Assembly (NCBI GenBank): GCA_001179505.1
Contig: CDMY01000584.1
Span: 1 to 47,204, forward strand
Direction: 5' to 3'
DNA length: 47,204 nucleotides
Origin: Vitrella brassicaformis CCMP3155
Taxonomy: Eukaryota > Protista > Chromerida
Shown here: in pieces, positions 1 through 12,100 of the stretch
How positions within the stretch are numbered: the stretch's first letter is position 1
Layout of the letters: every line of letters starts with the position of its first letter
Made by a program: the position numbers and the translations under genes
The notes under the pieces: generated by a model
Databases searched by the model: none
What the model was told of the DNA's origin: nothing
Seen by the model: only the letters and a program-made list of their open reading frames with translations

Positions 1-162
1 GCGAAATGGGGCCTGCATGTCGAGATTCTCGACGTTTGCGAGTGGACCCCCGATGTATATACCCGATTGAATCACACCATCTGCGCGGTTATTTTTTACT
101 TTTGTCGGAAAGGATCTGAGCTACCCCCTAACCACCGATACGGGGGCAGCCAGTCGCGAGAG

Positions 163-193
163 ATGATGATGCCTATTGGTCGGTCTGTCTGCC

Positions 194-224
<31 letters not shown>

Positions 225-879
225 CGATTGTGATTGTGATTGTGATTGTGATTGTGATTGTGATTGTGATTGTGATTGTGATTGTGTGTTCAGGTTGAGA
301 AGTTGCAGGAGATGGGCATCAACATGGCCGACATCAACAAGCTGAAGGGCGCCGGCTACGCGACCGTCATGAGTGTCATCCAGAGCACCAGCAAGGAACT
401 GACGCAGATCAAGGGACTCAGCGACGCCAAAGTCGACAAGGCACGCATGCAACACACCCACATCCACACACCTCTCTGGCCATCCATCCATCCATCTATC
501 CATCCCACAACTCTTGTGTGTGTGTGTGTGTGGATGTGAAGATTCTGGAGGCGGCCCGCAAGTTGGAGGCGTGCAATGCGTTCATGAGCGGGTCGGTCCT
601 GATGACGAAGCGCAACCGAATCCTCGAGATGACGACGGGCTCCAACAACCTCGACAAGCTGCTGGGCGGAGGCATCGAGAGCATGTGCATCACAGAGCTC
701 TTCGGAGAAAACAGAACCGGCAAGACACAGGTGAGTGACATGAATGACAAGGGAGAGAGAGAGGCCACGCCACGACCTGCACCGATGAATGTGTATGGGC
801 GTGTGTGTCTTTGCAGGTGTGTCATACGTTGTGTGTGACGGCTCAGCTGCCTCAGAACATGAAGGGCGGCAACGGCAAG
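163..879 (+). pseudogene. DMC1: DMC1 meiotic recombinase, N-terminal half only (exons 294-440, 542-730, 817-879); truncated or degenerate
   Basis: Spliced translation [26 protein letters not shown]|[33 protein letters not shown]|[21 protein letters not shown] has the Walker A variant GENRTGKT and matches apicomplexan DMC1 as I recall it. The expected next exon (V.YIDTEGTFRP) is not found downstream. Confidence 0.85.
226..285. repeat. (TGTGAT)n hexanucleotide microsatellite in the first DMC1 intron
   Basis: About 10 tandem TGTGAT units visible directly. Confidence 0.95.
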
Positions 880-1860
880 GTGAAGACACACACACACCTA
901 CACACACACACACACACACACTCCTCTCCCTCTGTATCTCCCTGCAATTGGTGTGTGTGTGTGTGTGCAGGTTGAGGTGTGCAATATACATATGTGGCCT
1001 CGCCGGCTTTTTTCTTTTGGCGCTTCCTGGTGTGGTCCGTGTTGCGGCTACATCTTTGTCGATACCCAGACTGACACATCTTTCGAATGAATGACTGATT
1101 GACTGGTTCGGGCCAATCTTCTTGGCGTGTCTCCCTTGATGCCTCCACGCATTCACACAGTCGGTCATTCACACCAACTGATCTCATGACTTGTTTTTGT
1201 CGCACACATGACCACAAAGGTGCACTCTGGCCGGCCGTAATTAATGATCTGCGTCGGTGTGTCTGTCTGTGAGTTGGACATTACGTTGCCATAGGCGCCA
1301 ACTGACCTGCACTTACAAGGCTGGCCTTCCGACCGCACGGCCAGCTTTGGCGCACAAGTCGCGCCTATTGTGCCAACCAATGAGCAGGTGTATGAGTGTC
1401 TGATTTCGAGGACAAACCACACGTACGTGTGTGTGAGTGTTTTGTATTCCTTCATTGACTCGTTTTGTTCCTTTAATCATCATCAAGCAGCTGTGCGCCA
1501 TCACGTGAGGGTCTGTCTCTTTGCATATGTTCTCCGTCTCTCTCTCTCTCTCTCTCGCTCCCTCTCTCTCTCTCTCCCGGCCACGTACAAAAGGAAAAGA
1601 GGCGACTACACATCTGCCTGACTGTTCGCTCTCTCATGGGCACTCGGTAGCCAGCCAGCCAGTCTGTCTTGCTTCCTGTCTGTCTGCCTGTCTGTCTGTC
1701 TGTCCGTTTTCTGTCTTTCATCCAGAGAGACATGGCATCCACTCGACCTTCCAAGCAGTCATTCCATGCAGTCATCCGAGCTGAATGGCTTCGGGCCGGA
1801 TTGGATGTGCTGCAGGTGTGCTGTGTGTGTGTGTGAGCGAGGGAGGGAGCACAGCACCGA

Positions 1861-2680
1861 TCATTCTTCGTCGTGGATCTTGTAGCAGCAGTAGCACTCT
1901 TCCTTATCTTGTCCGGGACGGCAGGCGGTGGCGCCTCCATCCGCCTTGCTGCGGCAGTAGTAGTGGATGCCCGTGCAGGTCTTGTCGCCGGAGCGAGCAA
2001 TCGTCATCCATTTGTCCGCTCTGGTGCTGTCGTAGTACTCGTCAGGATAATTCTTGCGCATGTAGTTGGCATCCGTTGCATCCATGAATTTCCTCAAGCC
2101 GCTACATTGAACACGGACACACATGCAGTACGTCGAGGTGACAGGCCTCTCGTCTCTCCTACTGTACTTACCTCAAGGGGGAAACCAAAACGGCCCCCAC
2201 TCCCGCCGCGACACGCACCGGCTTCAAAGCGGGCGAACACTCTGTAGGCATCATGATATGTATATGGTGCAAGATGCATGTACTGTACCAACAATCTTGG
2301 CGAGGGAACGGCACATAATCTCATACCTTCGCCCACGTGCCAGTCGCCCTTCTTCTTGGACCCCAAAAACCATAGTTCTTCGTCACCCACCGAGGCTCCT
2401 TTTCTGGGAAGACTTCAACCAGCTCCTTTCCAGAACAGAGGTAGCGCGCCTCGGTAAGCGCCGTGTTGTCGTGGCCAAGCTCGATGATGGAATGCGTGGC
2501 GGTGGAGACAATGTCATCATGGGGGCCTGTAATGAATGAGTGCAGCGGTGCACAATTGAGGGAGTCCCATACATGCACACACACACGTACTTACATACCC
2601 TCCTCTTTGGCTGCGTCAACTTGCACGCCGCCGCCCAGCAGCAGGACTAGAACCGAGACTGCCACAGCGAGTGGTGACAT
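1861..2680 (-). CDS. Secreted hypothetical protein with Cys-rich C-terminus (about 4 exons)
   Basis: Exon 1 MSPLAVAVSVLVLLLGGGVQVDAAKEE is signal-peptide-like and followed by a gtatgt donor. Last exon ..NYPDEYYDSTRADKW..CTGIHYYCRSKADGGATACRPGQDKEECYCCYKIHDEE*. The exon 2/3 phase is ambiguous. Confidence 0.65.
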
Positions 2681-2893
2681 CTGCATAATCAACCAAGTCG
2701 CTCTCTCTTTGTCCAACCAGAGAGAGATCTTACGGAGGCTACGGTGTCATCGATATCCCACTTCTTGAGCAGTCCGCGATCTACGTCACAGGCTGAAATT
2801 CAGCAGCTGCATGCAGATGGGGGCGAGACTGGGGGTGCTTCGTCTCGCAGTCTCTCCTGCTTCCATCCCGCTGATCGGATGATTCGGATCCCG

Positions 2894-4565
2894 ATGGCTC
2901 TCTGTACCTGGTCGCTCTGCATCGCCCTGATCCTCTGTCAGCTGTGTCAACAAGTCTCCTCGTCTCGTGTCGCGGAGGGGGTGAGCTGCTCACAACCGCC
3001 GGAGAACCTTCCTGACTCAGAGGAGCCAATCTACATCAGGTGGATAAGAACAGATATCGAGTCTAGACGGTATACCTTTGCAACTGGTCTTGGCCGCTGC
3101 AATGAATGCATCGATTGCAGTTGTTCTGTGAAGGTCCCTGAGGCGTTCAGAAGGCGCATCCAGGAGAACCTCAGGGGCAAAGACACGCTCGACGTAGTCT
3201 TGCGTCTCCGAGGTTTTGATTCCTTCCTTGAGGTGTCACTGCAGGAGGTATGTAATCCATCTTACGCACTTACGCAACCATACGACAACACTCAGACGTC
3301 TCCCTCAGGTGGAGGGGCTGGACGTGACAGGTGGTGAATGCTTTATGGATATCCAACGCTGGAGGGAGGCGCCGCGCATCTGCTACTTGGCGAGGTATGT
3401 GCATGACCGAGAATACAAGCTGTCAGCCCTTTTATATGTTATCTATTATTGTCTCTCTGTCCAGCCTGAGCAAGGCCGACAAGCTGAACGGGAACACCCT
3501 GATGGTGGCTCTCCTATCCTGGATTGACCAGTTTTCGCCTGCCTACGGCTGCACAAAGGTGACAATTCTTGACGTCAGCAGCATCAAGGAGATGTATGTG
3601 CTCTCAAAAGCAGGTACGCGCAGATGATGCACAGGCTCTGACTGACATGCACATCGATCCGTTTCAATTCGCTTGCATGTGCATGTCAGGCTTCTACTAT
3701 CAATCCTTTGGCTTCCAGCATGCCCCTCGGGCGAACCAAGACGGCATCTGAAACTGCAAGAAGATGATAAGCTCTCTTTTTGACAGGAACGCGGACATTC
3801 TTCCAACCGCCGAATTCAATCTCGTCGAGGCCATCCACCAGCAGGCCTGGAAGAAGCAGGCCAAGAAGGTCCTCGACGTTGACATTAATGATGGCGCCGC
3901 CACACTCGAGCAGCTCCGCAACAGAACGGTCGAGGGTGTAGAGCAGGAGAGCGGCTTCAAGAAGGAGATGCGGCCCTGGCTGCGCATAGTGTTCGACATC
4001 CTCAAGGCTTGGCCGGAAGTCGTAGTCATGACTCGTGAGTGCATGCCGAAGCGAGAGAGGATTGCTGGCGGCCCGCAAAACCCCCAAGCCGATCTGCTGC
4101 TGCCCCATTTGGCCCCATCAGTGACCATCGACAGCAGCTACCCCCCAGGCAGCACGGCCCACCAGGTCATTACATGGACTCAGTACGGGCTCAGCTGCCT
4201 TGATTGATGGTACAAGTGTGTGTCTCTCTCCTGGTGTGTGTGTCACCAAACAGATCATGTGTCTCATTCAGTCAGCCCGTCTGGTGCTTGTGAAGAGCGA
4301 AGACAAAAAGATGCTCCGGGAAGAGATGGGGGAAGAACCGTCCCTCAAGCTGCTGGAATACAGCCTCCCTGACGACGCGCAGCGATGCCTGCGCGTCGCG
4401 GCTGGTGTGCGGCAGCTGAACGACACACATGCCTACAGCCTGGTGGAAGAGTTTGCCCCGGAGCTCCTGCAGGAGAGCGGGAAGAGGCAAAAGAAGAGGA
4501 AGCAGAAGACGGATGACACTCAGGAAGCAAAGGAAGCGAGCAGAAGCAAGGCACAGAAATATTAA
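2894..4565 (+). CDS. Secreted hypothetical protein, possibly GNAT-like mid-section; in-frame TGA at 3749-3751 (pseudogene, readthrough or two genes)
   Basis: Signal-like MALCTWSLCIALILCQLC. Phase-compatible GT-AG exons give ..LNGNTLMVALLSWIDQF..GFYYQSFGF..GI*NCKKMISSLF.. and end at 4565. Confidence 0.55.
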
Positions 4566-5030
4566 TGGTAGAAACCATGAGACACGAATCATCCGGGCCA
4601 CCTGCCTCTTCGTGTGGGTTGAGAGTTGACCCTTCATGGCTGACCCGCAGTCACGGAGCGACGGCAATCAATGCGTTTCTTCGAGCAATAAAACGGAGCG
4701 ACCTACCTGTAAGGCTTTTTGTCCACCGGTGACGCAAGATGACACACCGACCGACACACATTACTGGCAATCGACCCATCGATCGCATGTAAGACAGGAC
4801 AGCTGTATGCATGAAATGACGTGATTCGAAGTGAATGGACCGGTTGGAGCTTCAATCCACGTGAAGTGAATGTGTACACACGTGCAGTGCAGTGCATGGG
4901 TTTCTTTAGTATACTTCATGACTCAATTCATTGAAAGCGATACAGACATGACATGACATGCACGTGAGTCCATTAGTGTAAGCTAACCCTGTCGGTGTGT
5001 CTGCTGGAATGGCCAATGTGTGGCCGCCCT

Positions 5031-5960
5031 TCACACGGACAAGAATGTGCGACCGAAGACGGCGACACTCTGAGCCTTGCTGCAGTAGGCAGGGGCGTCG
5101 TTGCCGAGTGACGAACACACGGCGCGCTCCAGATTCTGCTCGTTCTCCTCAGAGTGCTTGCCTGCATCCACACAAAAAGAGGAGAAGGTATCTTCAAGCT
5201 GCACGGCTCGGGGGCCAGCTGTGTGTATCCTCTCGTGGTGCATACCATTGATAACGACGTAAGGGACGTATGTGTGTGGTGGCTTGAGTGCCTCTGTCGC
5301 CTTGGCTGCCCCCTGCATCAGATGGGTCCCCTCGCCGTCTTTGGTGCACGTCTCGATGGCGGATCTCTCCCCCGTGTCGACGCACTGCGCCCAGTCCTGC
5401 GGAAGGTCCTTCTCGATGCAGGCGATGGCAGCGAGGGACTTCTTGGAGTAATGCAAGATGCAGCCCTGCACCACGAGACACAACTAACAACATTGCCATC
5501 CAGCGGGCGCTCTTTCGGCTTGCCTGTATTGTATTGAGTGCGCATTCGGCCTCGCCGTGCTGGCACTGAGTTGAAAGTGGGAACAACCATCTACGTTTTT
5601 CTGGCTTCGCTCGGCTCACCTTGAAGTGTTTGCCGTCGGTCTTTGCATTGCCGTATGGAAACATTGTGAGAGAAACGAAGGGACGCAGAGGCGACTCCAT
5701 CAAAGGCACCTGCGAGAGAGAAGAAAACACATAAACCATCCATTGCAGTCTTCTCAACGGCGGGAGGATGCACTCACGAGGCTCATCTCGATGAATTTGG
5801 CCGAGAACGGGCACAGGCTTTCGTAGTAGACCTCTACTGACACTTGCGAAGCGGCGTGCACAAGGTGGGACTCGCGGAGATCTGCCAGCAGACGCCCATC
5901 GATGTGGTCCAGGGCAGCTGTGCAGATGACCAGCAGGAAGAAGAACGCTCGTGCATCCAT
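5031..5960 (-). CDS. IFI30: GILT (gamma-interferon-inducible lysosomal thiol reductase) family protein
   Basis: Signal peptide, VEVYYESLCPFS (CxxS), FPYGNA, signature CQHGEAECALN, and HTYVPYVVING. Confidence 0.9.
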
Positions 5961-6179
5961 TTTTCGCTGCTTGAGGGCTTTGCGGTAAGGCAATTTACAT
6001 CATGATGTTCAAGCTCGCAGCGATGCAGGTTCCCAGGTTCTGTCATACCTATTGACCTGCTAGCGGTATTTGCCTTCACTGAAACAGTGCCCTTTTCTGC
6101 GCAGATCTGACCATCCTCGTAGCAGGTGTCCGCTTCAGCGAGATGAGGTCTGTGAAGCACAAGGTGAGGCGCAAGATGA

Positions 6180-7355
6180 ATGTGCACGTCTATGAGCAGA
6201 GCACCGACAGGGCCAAACGACTCATCAGGTGCGCCACAGCAGACAGCCAGGCACAGTAGAAGAAGATCTTACACGCGCTGCAGGAATGACATTATGGGCG
6301 TCCGCAACACGTTCGCCAACACATTCGCTTACAGCACAGAGATGAAGGAGCGACTCATGAGCAACATCACGCGGCTCCTCAAGATGGAGTACGGCAAGTG
6401 CGGCCACTTCTCCGACACATCAAGCGCCTCCGAGAGCGACAATGACGACCCATCTTTATCATCTGGAGGGCGTCGGAGTGACACCCCTCGCGGCCGCTAC
6501 AAGGAGCTGCCTGTGTGCTCTGCTTACTGGCCCATCGGATCTGAGTTCGACGCGCGGCACATCCTCACCTTCCTGGACAGCAGGGGCTATCGGTGTGGGC
6601 TGCCGGTGGTGGAGCAGAAGGAGGCCAGCCTCATCTTCAGGGCATGGACGCCGGGCATGCGACTCGTCAAGGGAAAGGTGGGTGAGCACACACAATCAGT
6701 CTCCCTGAGATCCCAATCAGTCGCTGTTGGCTGCGTGTGTGTGTGCGTGCAGCATCAGGTTCCCATTCCTCCCGCTGAGCGTGCAGCAGAGGTGCTGCCC
6801 GACCTTGTGTTCGTCCCCCTGTTGGCGTTCGACCGAACCGGCTTTCGAGTGGGCTATGGCGGGGGCTATTACGACCGCACCCTCAAGCACCTTCGGGAGC
6901 GGTGGATGAAGCGCATGAGCGGCGAGACCCTCCCCGAGTCCCTGCTGCCGGTCTTCTTCAACAGACCCTATGAAGGGTCCGGCCGCACCCCCTCCATCAT
7001 CATGCAGCGACTGCAGCAGCTGGGCCCGCGAGCCGCCAACCTGCCCATCGACGACCTGCAGCGGCAGAGGCCCGAGGACGTGATGCCTGTGGTGGCGTGT
7101 GGCGTGGCGTTCAGCTGCCAGGAGGTGAGGGAGGTGCCTGTGGAGGACCATGACGAACGGCTTGAGTACATCTTGACTGAGGAGGAGTTGGTGGTGTGCC
7201 ACGACAGGGAGAGCCGGCTGATGGCCAGGGAGGGCAAGGTGGGGGTGCTGGCAGATGAGGGGAGTGAGGTGGGCAGGACGGGCGTCCTCCTCAAGGAGGG
7301 TGGGAAGAAGAGGGTCCGCCTGCCAATCAGGCCGGCATTTTCTGTGCCCTACTGA
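6180..7355 (+). CDS. MTHFS: 5-formyltetrahydrofolate cyclo-ligase (methenyl-THF synthetase)
   Basis: YWPIGSEF, LPVV, PDLVFVPLLAFDRTGFRVGYGGGYYDRTL and VPVEDHDERLEYILTE; one in-frame intron near 6679-6751. Confidence 0.92.
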   Translation: MCTSMSRAPTGPNDSSGAPQQTARHSRRRSYTRCRNDIMGVRNTFANTFAYSTEMKERLMSNITRLLKMEYGKCGHFSDTSSASESDNDDPSLSSGGRRSDTPRGRYKELPVCSAYWPIGSEFDARHILTFLDSRGYRCGLPVVEQKEASLIFRAWTPGMRLVKGKVGEHTQSVSLRSQSVAVGCVCVCVQHQVPIPPAERAAEVLPDLVFVPLLAFDRTGFRVGYGGGYYDRTLKHLRERWMKRMSGETLPESLLPVFFNRPYEGSGRTPSIIMQRLQQLGPRAANLPIDDLQRQRPEDVMPVVACGVAFSCQEVREVPVEDHDERLEYILTEEELVVCHDRESRLMAREGKVGVLADEGSEVGRTGVLLKEGGKKRVRLPIRPAFSVPY

Positions 7356-7542
7356 TGAGTCAGTGAGCCGTGTACGGTGGGTGATGTGTGTCCATGCACG
7401 TGACATGATTTGATCTGATGGACTGATGTCTACGCGGTGTGCCTTAACATGGAGGTGCTCTCAAGTCATTCCCAATCCACAGGTCATGCACGCAAATGCA
7501 AATGTCACAGTGTTTCTGTCGGCCAGTCAGTCCCACCCTCAC

Positions 7543-8610
7543 TCATCCCGATGCCGTATAGAGCTTGCTGTACGTGGCACCCTGGGGCCGATGCAGCGCC
7601 TTGGAGGGCTGCCTTATGTCCTCGGCCGCCTTGCCGTCGACCACAGGCAGCCGCTGGTCTGATGCGTGCAGGGCTGACCGGGCAATGGCACGCGTGGGAG
7701 CCTTGATGGTCGACAGGTCGGGCGAGGTCTTGAGCGGATCAGACACCAGGTGGGCCACGTGCTGGTTCGCCCTACCATACGTGGTGTCGAAACGGCCTCG
7801 CAACACGTCATCACCTACAACAGGTCACACATACACACATACACACATGCATCCTGCACACGCCGTCGTGGTTTCTCCTTCACGGCCTGCCTGCATCAGC
7901 TTACTCTCAGCCTGCCGCTGTGCAGCCTTGAGCGCCCTCAACTGGCCCTCCGTGACCCGCACGCCATCAGGATTGCTGATGCCCCCGGTGAAGGAGTCAG
8001 TCGCCGTCTTGAACTCGCGATGCTCAAAGTCGATGTCCGGCTTGCCGTGTCCCAGCAGCAGACGCCTGTCGACGCTCGACCGTGCGGCGGGCCGACTGGA
8101 TGGCGCCGCGGCCACCATAATGGAGGCCAGCGAGGGTGCGCCGACAGCGCTCTGGGGAAGAACAGGCCTTGGCGGACGGGCAGCCGTCTCAATCTCGTCA
8201 CGTCTGAACCGAACACAGCGGAGGTATGAGAGGATGGGACGATGCAGGAGAGAGAATGCCATGTTTGTTACTTGTTGCGAAGGGCAGCGATAGTGCTGTC
8301 ATGCTCCCGCCTGTGTGCCTTCCTGAGGGCGGCACACGGGAAGCGACGCAAAAGCCGTCTCCTGGATGAGTGGATGCGATTTGAGTGGCTGACTCACCAG
8401 TGGAATGCCTCGGCGTATGTGGAGACGGGGAGGGGAGGAGGGGCACGCCGCTTGCTCAGAAGCTCCATTCCTGCATGGAATTAAGGAAGCGAGATGAGAA
8501 AGGAACACGGCAGTGAGACCGACGGTCATTCTGTGGGCCGTCTTGTGTGACTGAAAGGTACCGAATCTGTCCTCATTATAGTTTCCGATGAGAACCCCTG
8601 TTCGATACAT
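7543..8610 (-). CDS. Putative flagellar microtubule inner protein with N-terminal NWE-type motif (4 exons)
   Basis: N-terminal MYRTGVLIGNYNEDRFG resembles the GVLIGNWxE(E/D)R motif of CFAP107/CFAP95/CFAP161-type MIPs. Internal LLLGHG..EFKT and RFDTTY segments; GT-AG exons in phase. Confidence 0.6.
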
Positions 8611-9102
8611 GGCCAGCAACACCTGAGCAAGCACCTGAAAGACACACAGAGAGGCCGCAGAGAGGCCAGAGCTCCCTACCCTGCCCGTCCGTCGTTTGTG
8701 TCACCGATTGAAGAAGTTACGGTGCAAAGAGGCGGGGATTTTGCTTCGGGTGGCTTGTGGGCTGTGCTTCCTCGCAGCCCCTTTGGGATTTCGCGAGATG
8801 CGAATACCCGGCAGATCGCCGAAGGTGCGAGCCTTTCGAATGAGGAGGAGCGAAGAGCGAAGCGGGGGTGCGCGTGAGTGGTGGGTGTGCTTCTCTGGTT
8901 CCCGATTGTGGTGTGTGCATCTTGAGTAAGGTTCGCATCTTGATTCGGCTCCTGCGGATCAACGGGAGGACTGTAGCGCCGTGTTTGTCTTGTCAGAGGT
9001 GAGGAGGGCTCTGAAACACGACAAACATGCCTCGAAAGCACCGAAAATGCGCATCTATGCTTGTCTTCAGGTGCCTGAGATTTGTGTGCCTGCGGCATCA
9101 AG

Positions 9103-12100
9103 ATGCCGCCGGCGCTCCACGATAGTGGAGGCGGCCTTCAGGGGTCCATGTTCGCCGGCTTTGCGTCGTCGCCCCGTTCCTCTCCCTCTCACCCACCACC
9201 GCTCCCCGACCAGCGCGTCACGGTTGCCGACATTCTGCCTCGCCGCATCGCATTCGTCAAACTCGGTTCGACCTCTGCGGCAGGAGGGCAGCTGCAGACC
9301 AAGGCGGCCGCGGGGAGTGCGGGCGCCACGTCGATGCAGACGAGTGACGACTGCGACATTTTCGACCCGCCGATAGAGCTGTCGAAGGAGAGCGATATGC
9401 CGAATCGCAAGTGGGAGCGTCCCCTGCCGCCGGCGAGGGGTCTGTTCAACGAGCGCAACGACTGCTACCTCAACGCGACGGTGCAGGCGCTGGCGCACGC
9501 CCCCCCGCTGGTCAACCACATGCTCAAGGGCAAGCACCGGGCCACCTGCCACCGACGGCAGCGCCGCCTCCACTGCACCCTCTGTGTCTTCGAGGCCACG
9601 GTGCAGGAGGCTTACCGGGGCACGAGCACCTCATTCGATGCCGTCCGCCTCAAGCATGCCATCCGGCCCGTCTGGGCGCCCATTCGGTACGCTAGGCAGG
9701 CGGACGCCCACGAATTCATCCGGGTGCTGGTGGAGACGTTCCACTCGTCGTGCGAGCCCCTGACGGACGGCAAGCCGCAGCTGCGGCGGCTGCTGCTGCG
9801 GCAGAACGTGCAGGCGACCAGCTGGATATCTCGGCTGTTCGGGGGCTGGCTAAGGTCGACCATCGAGTGCAAGACTTGTGGATACGAGTCCAACACGTAC
9901 GACTTCTTCCTCGACCTGTCGCTGGAACTGGAAGGTATGTGAGCGCTGGGTAGGAGGGATGGAGGGAGGGAGGGAGAGCTGTGGGAGATATGGATGGTCT
10001 GTTGTGTGCTGCGTGGTATTTGCAGCTGGTATTTCGAGTTTGCCTGGGGCGTTCAAGCACTTCACGGCCAAGGAGAGGCTCTGCAACCAAAACAAATACA
10101 AGTGAGCCAGCATCAATCACATGCAGAGCAGAGCAGCCGCATCACACGTCGGTCTGCCTGTGGATGTGTGTGTTGGTGTATGTGTCAGTTGTCCCGAGTG
10201 CGGCCACAAGGTACCGTTGGCCGAGAAGCGCATCCTGCTGCACCGGTGCCCGGAGCTGCTCACCCTCACCCTCAAGAGGTACGCCGCCCACCCCCCCACC
10301 CACCCACCAACCACCCCCCTACATACAATACACATCGACTGACTGACACCCACCGATCCATCCATTCATTCAGATATCCCAATCTGCCGGTCAGGTTCGC
10401 CCCCCGTTGGCAGATGACGTCATGGAGCCGTCGGCACTTCACCAGCCACAAGAACGGCAAGGCCATCCAGTTCCCCGCACACCTCGACCTCAAGGACTTC
10501 ACCACCAACGAAGCCAGAGGAGAACCCCCAAAGCAGAGACGCACAGCCACCCAGCAGCCACAGCCACAACCACAGCCACAGCCACAGCCGCAGGCCAACC
10601 CATCTTCGCCTGTGGCTGGGTCTGCGTCTGCCGTGGGCGGTGGTGCGGTGCCGTCCGGAGTGCGTTCGTCGCCCCACTGTCGGTACAACCTGTGGGCGAT
10701 GGTCTCTCATCGGGGGTGGACGGCCAACTCGGGGCACTACGTGACGTATGCCAAGGCCGCCAATGGCAACTGGTACTGCTTCGACGATGCCAAAGTCTAT
10801 CTGGTGAGCAAGGGAGAGGGGGGACAGGCACACACATATGGGTGAGGCAGGCCTTGTCGAGTTGTGTGTGAATGGACCTTACGCATGTACGTCTGTATGT
10901 ATGTATGTGTGTGTGTTGGCGTCAGGTGAGCGAGAGGACGGTGTTGAGTTGCATGTGCGAGGCCTACATCCTCTTCTACCAGCAGGAGGCGCCATACCCA
11001 CCAAAGGACAAGCAGCAGCAGGACCCGCAGCCATCCCCACCACCAGCTGCTGACACCTCCCCCGCCGCGCCACATGTCCCCTCCCCGCCCCCCGCCGCTA
11101 CCCCCACTCCTCCCTCGTCGGCCATGACCATCGATCTCACGGCTGACGACGAGGCGCCGCCATGCACCAAGGGCGGGCAAGAGAAGGAGACGGAGGCGGC
11201 GAAGGAGGGCGACAAGGCCGCCGCCCCGCAGCCGCGAGAGGAGAAGATGGCCGAGGCCACCGCTGAGGCGGCACCGTCTGTAGGGCAGAAGCGGAAGCTC
11301 GATGAGGGTGGCGACACTGGAGGCGAGGAGGGGGAGGGAGAGGGGCTGGGCGCGCTGGAGCGATCTGTTCGCCAGGCGCGCCTTAATGGTGCCAAGGAGG
11401 CGGCTGCCGACCAGCTGGCGTTGGTGCCCTTTGGCAAGCTCGACGAGGGCGTGGGGGAGGCCAAGGAGGAGGAGATGGGGGTCGCGCCGGGCAGGGAGAA
11501 AGGCAAGAAGAGTGTGGGTCGGCCGTGGGCCGACATGAGCATTGCGGAGAGGCGTCGGCGCTTCAACCATCTGGCGAGCCGCCACGCGTCGCTGCTGATG
11601 CCCACCACCACATGCGGGCGCAAGATGAGACGACAACTCATACTCACGGTCAGACACACGGATGGGCAGCACACGACTAGGTGGGCTTCATATTTGTCAT
11701 GTTTGTGTTATCCTTTGGTGTGTGCAGAATGCTCATTTCCGTTGGGCGTGTCGGTTTCTGCGCAAGGTGCGTGGAGCCGATCACGATGCGGCGGCCACGT
11801 GCCGCGACCTGGGCCTCCTGGTGACTGAGCGAACTGAGGTAGGCACAGAGGCGGGGAGGGAGGGAGGGAGACACACGCACCACCAGAGCGACAGATGACG
11901 GCTCTTATATATGGTTGTTTGCTCAGGTGGCTGAGGGGCGGGGCTACCCCGCTGGTGCTGGTGCTAGTGGTATTGAGGATGCGGTTGGTCGACTGGCGGA
12001 CGGCCAGCTGCCCATATGTGGCAAGACGGAGGCCAACGAGGAGGGGGAGGTCAAGGGCGACGCTGAGATGGATGTCAAGGCGGACCATCAACACCACAAG

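Noticed and set aside
1045-1075. GYIFVDTQT as the degraded DMC1 YIDTEG exon
   Set aside because: Similarity too weak and no downstream TFRPER continuation.
3690-3715. YYQSF shared with the GPI protein pair
   Set aside because: Five residues only, without the flanking CC motif; likely chance.
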